Shown piece by piece: positions 20,694 through 31,977 of a stretch of 64,000 bases of DNA. Numbering within the stretch: position 1 is the stretch's first letter; every line of letters begins with the position of its first letter. The DNA lies in NCBI RefSeq assembly GCF_028368995.1, contig NZ_JAQNDL010000004.1, positions 448,001-512,000 of the forward strand, given 5' to 3'. Both the position numbers and the translations under genes were made by a program. The DNA is from Nannocystis bainbridge. Its GTDB lineage: Bacteria > Myxococcota_A > Polyangia > Nannocystales > Nannocystaceae. The notes beneath the pieces were generated by a model. It saw only the letters and a program-made list of their open reading frames with translations. It searched no databases and had not been told where the DNA came from.

Positions 20694-21437
20694 TCAGATC
20701 GACACGGCGGGCTCGAAGCGCCAGACGGCGCGCAGGTCACCGTCGGCGTTGCGCGCGGCGATCTCGGCCGCGACCTGCTCGAGCTCGTCGGCGGGGCGCG
20801 GGGCGCCGTCGTAGAACAATCGACCCTGGCCACCCTCGGCGTCCGGCTCGAACCAGCAGTCGAGGTCGTCGAGGGTGAGGATGTGGCCGCGACGGAGCCG
20901 GGACGCGATGTTCTCGGCGGTGAGGCCGTCGTCGAATTCCTCGCGCAGCTTGCCGAGCCGGCGTGCCTCCTCACTGAGCCCGGCGAGGTCGCCGGCGACC
21001 ACGGCGTGCAACTCCCCGAGCGCGCGCAGGCCGTCGATCTCGCCCTCGCCGCCCCAGAAGCGGCCGCGGACGTAGAGGTAGGGCGGGGCCATCACGCCGG
21101 TCACGCCGGCGATCTGGCGGGCGGCCTGCGGCTGGTCGTGGAGGTTCATGCGGCGGAAGGGGATGCCTTCGGCGGTGAACACCGCGGTCACGTGATCGGT
21201 GGCGGCGTCGCCGGGGTAGCCGAACACGACGACGACGATCGGATCGGACCTGTCCAATGGTTCATCTTGCAGCGCCGCCTCTTCGACGGGCGGCTCGGGG
21301 CGGGCCTCGCTGCGGCCCCCGAGCGCCGCGGCGCGCTCCTGCACCTGCTCGATGAGCTTGCGGCTGGTCTCGCGGACACCCTCGGGCAGGTGCTTCTCCG
21401 CCATCGATTGCGCCTTGCGCAGCAGATCTCGCAACAC
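20694..21437 (-). CDS. Glutaredoxin-like domain protein (no CxxC)
   Basis: IPFRRMNL..QP...TGVMAPPYLYVRGRFWGG..L..L..LGEL Grx-fold pattern; GTG start supported by TACTGT 6 nt upstream. Confidence 0.65.
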   Translation of the reverse strand: MLRDLLRKAQSMAEKHLPEGVRETSRKLIEQVQERAAALGGRSEARPEPPVEEAALQDEPLDRSDPIVVVVFGYPGDAATDHVTAVFTAEGIPFRRMNLHDQPQAARQIAGVTGVMAPPYLYVRGRFWGGEGEIDGLRALGELHAVVAGDLAGLSEEARRLGKLREEFDDGLTAENIASRLRRGHILTLDDLDCWFEPDAEGGQGRLFYDGAPRPADELEQVAAEIAARNADGDLRAVWRFEPAVSI

Positions 21438-21601
21438 CGGGGGACAGTAACGCGAACCCCGGGGGGCGACCAGACGTGGCGGCCTGGCGGGCGCGACGGG
21501 ACAGGCGGTGCGGCGCCCAGGAATTTTCGCGCACCGCGGGCAGGCCGCGCCGAAACCCGCCGGCCCTCGCCGATCCGTGGTATGCATCTGCCTCGCGCCC
21601 G

Positions 21602-22498
21602 ATGTTGCGGCTCACGCTCCACCTCGTGCTCGCGGCCAACTTCGCCGTGAGTCCCGTTGCCGGATCCAAGGACAAGCCAGCGTCCAACTGCCGCAACCCG
21701 AGCGCCCTCTACGAAGAGGGCCTCAAGGACTACGATCAGAAGTTCACCAGGGCCGCGATCGAGAAGTTCGAAGCGGCCCACCGGTGCTCGAAGAACCCGC
21801 TGATCCTCTACAACATCGGCCTGGCGTACCAGCGGTTGTACGACGCCGAGCAGCAGCCTGACCTGCTGCACGCGGCCAAGAAGGCGCTGGTCGAGTACGT
21901 CGACGCGATCGAGAAGGACCCGACGCTCGGCGCCGACCCCGAAGAGGTGAAGCCGGCGCTGGCCGAGATCGACGCGGAGCTCGAGCGGATCCGTCCGCCC
22001 GAGGTCGCGCCCGAGCCCGAGCCGCTGCCGGCGGCGCCCGATCCGGTCGACGATCCGGGCCGGTCGAAGCGGCTGCTCGGCATCGGGTTGATGAGCGGCG
22101 GCGGAGCGCTGACGGTGGTGGGCGTGGCGGTTGGCGCCGTGTTCGCCAGCAAGGGCGGCAAGCTGCACGACCAGCTCAACGGTGAGGGCGCCGTCTACGA
22201 CCAGCTCGAGGCGGGCGGCTGCGGCCTGGCACAGGCCGACGACGTGCAGGGCGCCGACACGATGGCGTGCGACGCCCTCCGCGGCCGACGCGAGGACCTC
22301 CGCAGCGACGGCGTACGCGCCAACGGGGTGGCGTTCGGGATGATGGCGGTCGGCGTGGTCGGCCTCGGCCTCATCATCGGCGGCGCGGTGGCGTTCGCCC
22401 AGGGCAAGCGCGCCACGTCCGAGTGGGAGTCGAGCCAGCGCGCTCGCGTCCGGGTCCTGCCGACGATGGGCGGGCTGCTGCTGCAGGGGCGCTTCTAG
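21602..22498 (+). CDS. Exported TPR protein with C-terminal membrane/OM segment
   Basis: AIEKFEAAHR..NPLILYNIGLAY TPR, hydrophobic segments, ends GGLLLQGRF. Confidence 0.75.
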   Translation: MLRLTLHLVLAANFAVSPVAGSKDKPASNCRNPSALYEEGLKDYDQKFTRAAIEKFEAAHRCSKNPLILYNIGLAYQRLYDAEQQPDLLHAAKKALVEYVDAIEKDPTLGADPEEVKPALAEIDAELERIRPPEVAPEPEPLPAAPDPVDDPGRSKRLLGIGLMSGGGALTVVGVAVGAVFASKGGKLHDQLNGEGAVYDQLEAGGCGLAQADDVQGADTMACDALRGRREDLRSDGVRANGVAFGMMAVGVVGLGLIIGGAVAFAQGKRATSEWESSQRARVRVLPTMGGLLLQGRF

Positions 22499-22615
22499 GC
22501 GGCTCCGCGCTGGCCGCGACGACGCGATTCGCTCGTGGCAGCTTGATGACGTGATTCGCCGGCCCGGCGCCCAGCCGTTCGGCTCGAGCGTCCCACGTCG
22601 TGGCGGCCCTGCTTG

Positions 22616-22689
22616 GATGTCTCGAAGGACATGCCCATGTCGACATGTCTTCGTGGACATGCCACGAAGGACATGTTCTCACAGACAGG
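22616..22689. repeat. 14-bp-period palindromic array (6 cores)
   Basis: CATG-like cores at 22616, 22630, 22644, 22658, 22672, 22686. Confidence 0.9.
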
Positions 22690-22690
22690 C

Positions 22691-24010
22691 TCAATCTCGC
22701 CGCGGCTCGGCGGTCGGCTCGCCGCGCGGCAGCAGCAGGGTGAAGCTGGACCCGCGGCCGCTCTCGCTGTCGACGACGATGTCGCCGCCGAGCAGGCGGG
22801 CGAAGCGGCGGCTGATGGCGAGGCCGAGGCCGGTGCCGCCGAAGCCGTGGCGGGCGTCGTGGACCTGCGAGAAGTCGCGGAACAGCAGCGAAAGCTTGTC
22901 GGCGTCGATGCCGATGCCGGTGTCGGCGACGCAGAAGGCGATGAACTCGCGGTCGCCCTCGCGGGCCGCTCGCACCGCCAGCTCGACCTCGCCGCGCGCG
23001 GTGAACTTGACCGCATTGCTCAGCAAGTTGAGCAAGATCTGGCGCAGCTTGGTGGCGTCGGTCGTGATGTCCCCGAGGCCAGGTTCGAGCACCATCCGCC
23101 AGCGCAGCGGCTTGCCGCGCAGCTGCGGGCGCACGGCCGCCTCCATCTCCTCGGCCAGCGGCGCGACCGCGACCGACTCGCGCCGCAGCTGCGGGACGCC
23201 GGCCTCGAGGCGCGCGAGGTCGAGGATGTCCTCGATGACGGCGACGAGGTGGCGGCCGGAGCGGTCGACGGTCTGGATGTCGGGCAGGAGCTGGCCGAGG
23301 CCGGCGGCGGTGGCCTCCTCGCGCAGCATCTCGGCGCAGCCGAGGATCGCGTTGAGCGGCGTGCGCAGCTCGTGGCCCATGTTGGCGAGGAAGAGGTCCT
23401 TGGCGCGCGCCGCGGTGACGGCCTCGGCGCGGGCGCGGGCGAGGTCGTCCCGCTGCTCGGCGAGCTCGCGCTCGCGGCGATCGAGCTCGAGGCGGACGGC
23501 GGCCTGGCGCGCGAGGGCGAGGAGGTCGCGCCGCTGGTCCTCGTCGAAGCGGCGCGGGACGACATCGAGGATGCACAGGCCGGCGATCGCCCGGCCGGCC
23601 TCGCCGGGCAGCGACACGCCGACGAGGCTGCGCAGCCGCGGGCAGGCGGCCACCAGCGGATGCGCGGCGAACCGCGGGTCGGCGGCGAGATCTTCGATCT
23701 CGAGCGGCTCGTCGCGCGCGAGCACGGCGGTACAAAAGGACAGGTAGCGTGAGGCGTCGCCGTCGCCGAGGCCGAAGCTGCCCGCGAGCCACACGGCGTC
23801 CTCGTCGGCGAGGGCGAGCAGGACGATCGGCGCGGCCAGCAGCGTGGCGGCCAGACGCGTGAGATCGGCGAAGGCCTGCTCGCGGTCCGAGCCGACGGGC
23901 GCACGCTCCGGCGCGCCCGCACGCGGGACCTCGAGCTCGGACGACGCGACCAACTCCACGGACCTACGATACTCGCCGTCGCGAGCGCAGCAAGCCCTCT
24001 TCATCGCCAT
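22691..24010 (-). CDS. GAF-domain sensor histidine kinase
   Basis: GAF (SFCTAVL..DLAADPRFA.HPLV), H-box FLANMGHELRTPLN, N/G1/F/G2 boxes; start uncertain. Confidence 0.92.
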   Translation of the reverse strand: MAMKRACCARDGEYRRSVELVASSELEVPRAGAPERAPVGSDREQAFADLTRLAATLLAAPIVLLALADEDAVWLAGSFGLGDGDASRYLSFCTAVLARDEPLEIEDLAADPRFAAHPLVAACPRLRSLVGVSLPGEAGRAIAGLCILDVVPRRFDEDQRRDLLALARQAAVRLELDRRERELAEQRDDLARARAEAVTAARAKDLFLANMGHELRTPLNAILGCAEMLREEATAAGLGQLLPDIQTVDRSGRHLVAVIEDILDLARLEAGVPQLRRESVAVAPLAEEMEAAVRPQLRGKPLRWRMVLEPGLGDITTDATKLRQILLNLLSNAVKFTARGEVELAVRAAREGDREFIAFCVADTGIGIDADKLSLLFRDFSQVHDARHGFGGTGLGLAISRRFARLLGGDIVVDSESGRGSSFTLLLPRGEPTAEPRRD

Positions 24011-24088
24011 CTGCTTCGTACGGCTGTCCGCGGCCAGCTGTTCGAGCGATCGGGCGATCGAAGGTTCACGCGACGACTGTCGCAGTCG

Positions 24089-24955
24089 TCAGAACTTGCC
24101 GAGGCGGACGCCGAGAGTGCCGGTCAGGCCGCTGAGGATCCGGTCGCTCGGCCCGCTCCACGGCTGGGCCACGGCGAAGCGATAGCCGCCCGAGAGCACC
24201 AGCCGGAGCACGCGGGTCAGCGCGAACGACAGCCCGAGCTCGGGTTCGGCGACGAACATGGCGGCACGATTGACGCAGCGATCGAGCCGCTCGTCGTTGA
24301 GGCAGACCCGGCCGCCGCCGATGAGCGCGCCGATTTGGAGCGAGAAGAAACGGACCTGCAACAACGCGACGGCGAGCGTGACGCCGGCGTACTGGGTCCG
24401 CATGTTGAAGGTGCGGTCGTCGGAGCGCTGGGCCGGCAGCGGGGTGGCGAGCGCGTGGCCGGCGGCGCCGAACATGAAGCGCTCGTTGACGATGACGGCG
24501 AAGTCGGCGCCGAGCATCAGTCCGGGCGAGCGTCCGAAGCCGGTGAGCTTGAAGTTAGGGGCGATGTAGGCGCCGACCTTGGAGTCGCGGACGATGAGCG
24601 GCTGACCCTCGGTCCACAGCGGCCCGCGCTTGGGCTCGCGCTTGGCCTTGACCTCGGCCTTTTCGCCTGGCTTTGGGGACATGGTCTCAGGGCCAGGTTT
24701 TGAAGGAGCGGAGGTGTCGGGCGGCGCCGGGGTGGCCACGCCGGAGGAGGGCGGCTGCCAGGCCGGGACGCTGGCGGGCTGGGTGAGATCGGGCGGGTTG
24801 CCGTCGACCGGCTGGGGCGCGGGCATCGGCGCCAGCGAGGTGGAGCCGCTGCTGCTGGAGTGCGGCGAGGGCGGGGCCTGGACGCCCGCGGCCGCGCGCG
24901 CCGGGACGGACAGGAGGGCGAGCGCAGCGAACACGGAAATTGCGCGGGGGGCCAT
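24089..24955 (-). CDS. Exported protein, probable outer-membrane beta-barrel with Pro-rich linker
   Basis: Signal peptide, alternating beta pattern, GGYRF, C-terminal Phe. Confidence 0.65.
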   Translation of the reverse strand: MAPRAISVFAALALLSVPARAAAGVQAPPSPHSSSSGSTSLAPMPAPQPVDGNPPDLTQPASVPAWQPPSSGVATPAPPDTSAPSKPGPETMSPKPGEKAEVKAKREPKRGPLWTEGQPLIVRDSKVGAYIAPNFKLTGFGRSPGLMLGADFAVIVNERFMFGAAGHALATPLPAQRSDDRTFNMRTQYAGVTLAVALLQVRFFSLQIGALIGGGRVCLNDERLDRCVNRAAMFVAEPELGLSFALTRVLRLVLSGGYRFAVAQPWSGPSDRILSGLTGTLGVRLGKF

Positions 24956-25058
24956 GGGGTGGGGGATACTGTTGCAGGGGCGGCCCCACGAGGCAATCGC
25001 GGGCCGCCCGGGAGCCGGCCGGCTTGCCGGTGCGCGCCACCACGGGCAAGATCCGGGC

Positions 25059-25865
25059 GTGCGTCGCTCTGTCGTGTTCGCTCTGTCCGCCGCGGCCGCG
25101 CTGCTCGCGTGCACACCCGAGCCGGCGAGCACGGTCGAGATGCGCCAGACGGTGGTCGAGGTGGTCGACCAGGGCCGGGCGATGGCGATCGAGAACGCCA
25201 TGGTCGCGCTGGTCGGCAGCATCGACCCGGCCGACAGCCTGGCCCACATCACCGACCAGGTCGCGGCCGGGCTGGCGACGCAGACGCCGTGCGCGGTGGT
25301 CAGCCGCCCGGGCGCGGTGGCGCTGCGGGTGTGGTTCGGCAGCAAGGCCGAGCCGTGCCCCTACGCCGGGATCGGCCTCAGCGGGACGATGCGCGTGGTC
25401 TACACGCGGCCCGACGGCGACGGCCTGCTGGCGTCGATCTACTACGAGCCGCTGCGCGGCGAGGCGACGCTGCTCGACGGCTTCTCCCAGCTGACGTGGG
25501 CGCCCGACGGCAGTCAGCGGCTGGTGACCGAGATCCGGGTCGACACGGCGACCGAGCGGCAGGTGGAGATCCAGTCGGATCGCCTGCTGTCCCACGTCGA
25601 CGGCGCGCTCAAGGTCGAGGGCTGGCGCCGCTGGCAGACGCTGATGGGCCGCTGGGAGGCCGAGCTCGCCGCGCTGCTGGTCGACGCCGACGAGTTCATG
25701 CCGTACTCGGGCCTGGCCGAGGTCGAGACGCCGTTCAACCACTCGATCGTGCTCGACTTCACGCACGAGGCCGGCGGGGCCCAGGTGCGCGCCAACGGCG
25801 GCCGCCGCGACCGCCTGTTCGAGGTCACCGCCGAGGGTGACGTGATCGACGTCGGCGACGGTTAG
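25059..25865 (+). CDS. Hypothetical lipoprotein
   Basis: GTG start, ALLAC lipobox, coding-like GC3 bias. Confidence 0.7.
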   Translation: MRRSVVFALSAAAALLACTPEPASTVEMRQTVVEVVDQGRAMAIENAMVALVGSIDPADSLAHITDQVAAGLATQTPCAVVSRPGAVALRVWFGSKAEPCPYAGIGLSGTMRVVYTRPDGDGLLASIYYEPLRGEATLLDGFSQLTWAPDGSQRLVTEIRVDTATERQVEIQSDRLLSHVDGALKVEGWRRWQTLMGRWEAELAALLVDADEFMPYSGLAEVETPFNHSIVLDFTHEAGGAQVRANGGRRDRLFEVTAEGDVIDVGDG

Positions 25866-25878
25866 CGGCTGGCGCGTG

Positions 25879-25958
25879 GGACATGTCCTCGGGGGCATGC
25901 CCGCAGGACCATGTTCGTTTAAGCATGTCCTCGGGGTCATGCCCCCGAGGACATGTCC
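25879..25958. repeat. 14-bp-period palindromic array (6 cores)
   Basis: CATG at 25882, 25896, 25910, 25924, 25938, 25952. Confidence 0.92.
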
Positions 25959-25964
25959 GGGCCG

Positions 25965-27905
25965 TCAGCGCTGGAGGACCGGCCAGATCAGCGCGGTCTG
26001 GATCGGGTCCTCGCGCAGGGCGTCGAGCTGGGCCAGCACGCCGGAGACGGCCGCGAGGCCGCCGGGGCCGAGCGCGACGGCGAGGCTCGGGACCAGGTCG
26101 TGCTCGGCGGCGGCGCGGAGCAGGCTGGGGCCGGTGTCGAAGCCCTCGATCAGGTCCTTGAGGGTCGGCTCGGGCGGGTAGACCTCGAGCGCGACCTCGG
26201 GGCCGATGCCGGAGAGCTTGCGGGTCTCGGCGAGCGCCTCGGTGAGGCCGCCGAGCTCGTCGACGAGGCCGCGCTCCTTGGCGGCGGCGCCGGTCCACAC
26301 GCGGCCCTGGGCGATCGCGTGGATGTCGTCGAAGGTCTTGCCGCGGCCGCTGGCGACGCGCTCGACGAAGATCTTGTAGATGTCCTCCATCGTCGCCAGC
26401 ACGCGGGCTCGCTCGCCCTCGGTCCACGGGGTCATGCCCGACCACATCGCGGCCCGCTTGCCCCTGGTGATCGGGAAGGTGCGGATGCCGACCTTCTCGA
26501 GCATGCCGGCGACGGCGATCTTGCCGCCGACCACGCCGATCGAGCCGGTGAGGGTGTTGGCGAGGGCGAAGATCTTGGTCGCGCCGCAGGCGATGTAGTA
26601 ACCGCCCGACGCGGCCACGCCGCCCATCGACACCACGACCGGCTTCTTCTCCTTGGCCCGCTGGAGCGCGCGCCAGATCTGCTCCGAGGCCATCGCGCTG
26701 CCGCCACCGGAGTCGACGCGGAGCAGGATCGCGGCGACGTTGGCGTCGTCGGCGAGGTTGTCGATCGCGGCAGCGAGGGTGCGCCCGGCGATCTGGTTGC
26801 GCGCGCCGATGGTGCCCTGGCCGCGGCCGTCGACGATGCTGCCGAGCGCGTAGACGAGGGCGATGTGCGGCTCCTTGGGCCGCTTGGGCGGGACCAGGCC
26901 GATGAAGGTCTGCAGCTTCTCCATGTCGAAGCCGCCGCCGCTCGGGCTGTCCTTGAGCTTGACCTGCTTCCACGCGGCGCCGCCGGTGTGCTGGGCGCGG
27001 AAGTCTTCGTAGGTGGCGACGCCGTCGACGAGCCCGGCCGCGAGCGCGCCCTCGCTGGTGAACAGGGCCTCGTCGATCTGCTGCGCGACGGTCTCGGGGG
27101 CCAGCTCGCGGCCGGCGGCGATGCCCGCCTGCATGGTCAAATAGGCCTGATCGACCACGGCGGCCAGGGTCTCGCGCATCTCCTTCGACGGCTCGGTGCG
27201 CGTGAGCGGCTCGGCCGCGCCCTTGAAGGCGCCGACGTGCACGAAGTCGGGGACGACGCCGAGCTTGTCGAGCAGGCCGCGCAGGTGCAGCGGCATGGCC
27301 ATCGGGCCGGGGATCATGACCTCGCCGACCGGCTGGACGCCGACGGCGTCGCAGGCGCTCATGAGGTAGTAGACGGCGTTGGTCGGGACGTCGGCGTGGC
27401 AGACGAGCTTGCGCTTGCCCTCGGCCTTGAAGGCGAGGAAGGCGCCGCGGACCTCCTCGGCGGTGGCCATGTCGAGGCTCACGTCGGTGAAGCGGACCAG
27501 CAGGCCCTGGACGTTGGCGTCGGTGGCCAGGCGATCGAGGCGCGTCAGCAGGGCGTGGAGCTCGATGAGGGCGCCGCCGCCGAACAGCGACATCGGCGCG
27601 AGCTCGCCGATCTCGCCGCCGAGATCGAGGGTGAGCCAGTGCGGCTTGGCGGCGTCGAAGCCGGGCGACTGGCGCGGCGGGTCGTAGGGGCCGGGGGCGT
27701 CGAGCTTGTCGGCGAGCATGCTGCTCAGCGGGCCGAGGTTGGCGAGCGCGCCCGTGGGGGCCGCCGGGGCCGTCGTGGGGGCGACGTCTCGCTTGTCGCC
27801 GGCTTCGGCGGGCGGGGTCCGATCGGGCTGGCGATCGCCGCGGCAGGCGGTGGCACACAGGGTGGCGAGGCTGAGCAGGGCGGTGGTGGCTCGCGTGACG
27901 CGCAA
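25965..27905 (-). CDS. sppA: Signal peptide peptidase SppA, 67K type (protease IV)
   Basis: VGAFKGAAEP, RVDSGGGS, SMGGVAASGGYY, TGSIGV, AQGRVWTG. Confidence 0.93.
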   Translation of the reverse strand: MRVTRATTALLSLATLCATACRGDRQPDRTPPAEAGDKRDVAPTTAPAAPTGALANLGPLSSMLADKLDAPGPYDPPRQSPGFDAAKPHWLTLDLGGEIGELAPMSLFGGGALIELHALLTRLDRLATDANVQGLLVRFTDVSLDMATAEEVRGAFLAFKAEGKRKLVCHADVPTNAVYYLMSACDAVGVQPVGEVMIPGPMAMPLHLRGLLDKLGVVPDFVHVGAFKGAAEPLTRTEPSKEMRETLAAVVDQAYLTMQAGIAAGRELAPETVAQQIDEALFTSEGALAAGLVDGVATYEDFRAQHTGGAAWKQVKLKDSPSGGGFDMEKLQTFIGLVPPKRPKEPHIALVYALGSIVDGRGQGTIGARNQIAGRTLAAAIDNLADDANVAAILLRVDSGGGSAMASEQIWRALQRAKEKKPVVVSMGGVAASGGYYIACGATKIFALANTLTGSIGVVGGKIAVAGMLEKVGIRTFPITRGKRAAMWSGMTPWTEGERARVLATMEDIYKIFVERVASGRGKTFDDIHAIAQGRVWTGAAAKERGLVDELGGLTEALAETRKLSGIGPEVALEVYPPEPTLKDLIEGFDTGPSLLRAAAEHDLVPSLAVALGPGGLAAVSGVLAQLDALREDPIQTALIWPVLQR

Positions 27906-28009
27906 GGAAATTCCTCCGGGCGATGTGGACCCGGGCCGGACCCGCGGAGTGTCGCGAGCGGACGGCTGGGCGGGTCGCTTCCGCGCAAGTATCCTCCCGG
28001 CACCCCGCC

Positions 28010-29101
28010 ATGCAAAGTCCCGTGTCCGAGCTCGCCCCGCGGCCTCAGGGTCCTGAACTCCTCGCCGATCTGACGACGCTCGTGCCCGATCCGAACCGGC
28101 TGTGCGTGGCCTATGCGAGCCTCATGCAGGTGCAGGAGGGCCGCACCCGCCAGGGTCGACCGTACTTCGATCTGGTGGTGAGCGACGCCGCGCGGACCAT
28201 CGCCGCCAAGGTCTGGGACGACGCGCCCGAGGCGATGGAGGCGGCGAGGGCGGCGCGACGCGGGCAGGCGGTCAAGCTGCTGTTCCGCGTCGAGCAGTAC
28301 CAGGGCGCGCTGCAGCTCAACGTCCGCAAGCTTCGCGGCGCGCTCGACGACGACGACGGCTACGCGCCGGCGCGGGTGTTCGGCGAGGGCTTCGAGCGGG
28401 TCGCGGGCAAGCTGTGCCGCACGCTGGTGTTCGACATCGAGACGGCGCCGGCGCACGACCCGGCGACGATGCCGGCCAGCGTGATCGAGGCGATCCAGCG
28501 CCACGCGACGCGCGAGGCGTGCGAGCCGGGGCTGGTGATGAGCCTGTCGCCGCTGTTCGGGCAGGTCGTGTCGCTGGCGTTCATGGACGGCGACGACCTC
28601 GACGGCGAGGTGTGGGCGCTCGGCGTGCCGCCCGGCGGCGATCCGCGGCGGGTGGTCGAGGCGGTGCCGCCGTGGCTGCAATTGGTCAGCGAGCGCGAGC
28701 TGCTGCAGGCGTTCTGGCTGCTGGCGGCCCAGGCCGAGGTGGTGGTCAGCTACAACGGGCGCAACTTCGACGTGCCGTTCCTGCTCGGGCGCAGCCTCGT
28801 GCACGAGGTGCCGGCGCGGGTCGATCTGCTCGGCAGCCCGTACGCGTTGCGGCCGCACCTCGACCTCTACCGCATGATCGCCACCGGCCGCTCGGTCGCC
28901 CCGGCCCCGCTCGACGCGGTCTGCTGGGCGCTCGGGGTCGACAGCCCGAAGGGCGGGATGAGCGGCGCCGACGTCGCCCCGGCCTACGCCCGCGGCGAGC
29001 TGGCGGCGATCTCCTCTTACAACCGCGGCGACGTGCGCGCGACCGCCAGCGTGTACCAGCGCGTGCGCGACACGGTGCTGCGGTTCCGCGAGGACTGGTG
29101 A
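28010..29101 (+). CDS. OB-fold plus DEDD(y) 3'-5' exonuclease fusion
   Basis: N-terminus resembles a YhaM-type OB fold (TRQGRPYFDLVVSD...IAAKVWD...EQYQGALQL); ExoI VFDIET, ExoII SYNGRNFDVPFL, ExoIII YNRGDV. Confidence 0.8.
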   Translation: MQSPVSELAPRPQGPELLADLTTLVPDPNRLCVAYASLMQVQEGRTRQGRPYFDLVVSDAARTIAAKVWDDAPEAMEAARAARRGQAVKLLFRVEQYQGALQLNVRKLRGALDDDDGYAPARVFGEGFERVAGKLCRTLVFDIETAPAHDPATMPASVIEAIQRHATREACEPGLVMSLSPLFGQVVSLAFMDGDDLDGEVWALGVPPGGDPRRVVEAVPPWLQLVSERELLQAFWLLAAQAEVVVSYNGRNFDVPFLLGRSLVHEVPARVDLLGSPYALRPHLDLYRMIATGRSVAPAPLDAVCWALGVDSPKGGMSGADVAPAYARGELAAISSYNRGDVRATASVYQRVRDTVLRFREDW

Positions 29102-29107
29102 GCCGGG

Positions 29108-29271
29108 GCTGTCCGAACGGGCATGCTCTGGAGAGCATGTCCTGAAGGGCATGTAGGATCGCGCGGCCGGATGGAGCCTGCGAACAGCGAAGGGGGACAT
29201 GCCGGTTCGGGCATGTCCCCTCGTGCATGTTCTGGAGAGCATGTCCTCGCGGACATGCCCTTCGGGTCAGC
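29108..29271. repeat. 14-bp-period palindromic arrays (4 + 6 cores)
   Basis: Cores at 29108, 29122, 29136, 29150, then 29198, 29212, 29226, 29240, 29254, 29268. Confidence 0.92.
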
Positions 29272-30546
29272 TCAGCCGAACACCACGCGGAAGCGGCACT
29301 TCTTGCCCGCCTGCAGGCGCACGCCCTGGTCGCCGGCCGCGGCCGGGGTGACGGGGTGGGCCGGGTCGGTGACGGGCTCGCCGTTGAGCTTGACGGCACC
29401 GGCGCCGATCCGCTCGCGAGCCTCGCGCTTGGACTTGAACGCCTCGATCTCGGGGTGCGTGACGAGGTCGACCAGCCGGATCTCGGGGCCGGGCACGGTC
29501 ACCAGCGGCACCGCGCTCCAGTCGTCGCTGCTGCCGAACGCCTGCTCGCTGGCCTGCTTGGCCTGGGTGGCGTGGTCGAGGCCGTGCAGCAGGGCGGTGG
29601 CCTCGTAGGCGAGGCGGACCTTGGCGGCCTTGAGGGCCGCGCCGCCCTCGGCGGTGAGCGCCTCGATCTCGGCGACCGGGACGTCGGTGAAGGTCCGCAG
29701 CATGCGGGCGACGTCGCGGTCGTCGCAGCCGATCCAGAACTGGTAGTACTCGAACGGGGTCAGCCGCTCGGGGTCGAGCCAGACCGCGCCGCGCTCCGTC
29801 TTGCCCATCTTGCGCCCGTCGGTGGTGAGCAGCAGCGGCAAGGTGAGGCAGTGGGCGGCGTTGGGCTGGCCCTCGGGGGTCATGCGCCGGATCAGCTCGA
29901 TGCCGGCGACCATGTTGCCCCACTGGTCCGAGCCGCCGAACTGCAGGGTGCAGCCGTGGTGGCGGAACAGGTGCAGGAAGTCGTAGGCCTGGAACAGCTG
30001 GTAGTTGAACTCGAGGAAGCTGAGCGGGATCTCGGCGTCGAGGCGGTCGCGGTAGGTCTTGACCGCGATCATGCGGTTGACCGTGAAGTGGCGGCCGACG
30101 TCGCGCAGGAATTCGATGTACTTGAGCTCGAGCAGCCAGTCGCCGTTGTCGAGCAGGACCGCGTCGTTGGGCCGGCCGCTGTCGAAGTGGAGGAAGCGGC
30201 CGAGCTGGGTCTTGATCGCGGCGGCGTTGGCGGCCACGTCGTCGCGCGTCAGCAGCTTGCGCGCCTCCATCTTGCCGGACGGGTCGCCGATCATGCCGGT
30301 GCCGCCGCCGATGATGACGATCGGCCGGTGGCCGGCGCGCTGGAGGGCGCGCATGCCCATGATCTGGACCAGGTGGCCGACGTGCAGCGAGGCGGCGGTC
30401 GGGTCGTAGCCGACGTAGAAGGTGACCATGCCGCTGTCCATGGCGGCGTCGATGGCCTGGAAGTCGCTGGCCTGTTCGAAGTAACCGCGCTCGAGCATGC
30501 GCTGGAGGGCGGCGGAGCGGGGCGGCTGCGGCGGGGTGGCGTTCAT
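29272..30546 (-). CDS. tyrS: Tyrosine--tRNA ligase
   Basis: YVGYDPTAASLHVGH, GGSDQWGN, KMGKT, S4 C-terminal domain. Confidence 0.97.
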   Translation of the reverse strand: MNATPPQPPRSAALQRMLERGYFEQASDFQAIDAAMDSGMVTFYVGYDPTAASLHVGHLVQIMGMRALQRAGHRPIVIIGGGTGMIGDPSGKMEARKLLTRDDVAANAAAIKTQLGRFLHFDSGRPNDAVLLDNGDWLLELKYIEFLRDVGRHFTVNRMIAVKTYRDRLDAEIPLSFLEFNYQLFQAYDFLHLFRHHGCTLQFGGSDQWGNMVAGIELIRRMTPEGQPNAAHCLTLPLLLTTDGRKMGKTERGAVWLDPERLTPFEYYQFWIGCDDRDVARMLRTFTDVPVAEIEALTAEGGAALKAAKVRLAYEATALLHGLDHATQAKQASEQAFGSSDDWSAVPLVTVPGPEIRLVDLVTHPEIEAFKSKREARERIGAGAVKLNGEPVTDPAHPVTPAAAGDQGVRLQAGKKCRFRVVFG

Positions 30547-30553
30547 GGCGCTG

Positions 30554-30897
30554 TCACGCGGTCGGTGGTTCTTCGAGGGTGTCGGCGGCGGCCTCGGCGG
30601 CGGCGAGCCGTTGCTCGTGTTGATCGAGGGCGCGTCGCAGGCCCTGCAAGCGCTCGTGGACCTTGTGGCGGAACCGCTGGTGCAGGTCCTTCTCGCGGAA
30701 CAGCTCGTCGGCGATCTGCATGGCGACGAGCAGGGCGACCCGTTGGGCGTTGGCGGCGCTGTTGACCCGCTTGGCGCCGCTGCTCAGCAGCTGCAAGTGG
30801 CCGTCGACGAACTCGGCCAGCTGTTGGACGTAATCCTGGCCCTCGTCGCTGCGGATCGTGAGCGTCTGCCCGGCGATCTCGACCTGGACGGAGCGCT

Positions 30898-30901
<4 letters not shown>
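30554..30901 (-). CDS. zapA: Cell division protein ZapA
   Basis: VQVEIAGQTLTIRSD...ALLVAMQIADELF followed by a coiled coil. Confidence 0.85.

Positions 30902-31977
<1,076 letters not shown>

Noticed and set aside
25879-25958. Resemblance of the array junctions (GGACATGTCC, GGGCATGCCC) to the p53 half-site RRRCWWGYYY
   Set aside because: Coincidental product of concatenated palindromes; bacterial context, and the spacing is 14 bp rather than 10 bp
30547-30553. 6S RNA after zapA, or a T-box leader before tyrS
   Set aside because: Only 7 bp separate the genes, leaving no room
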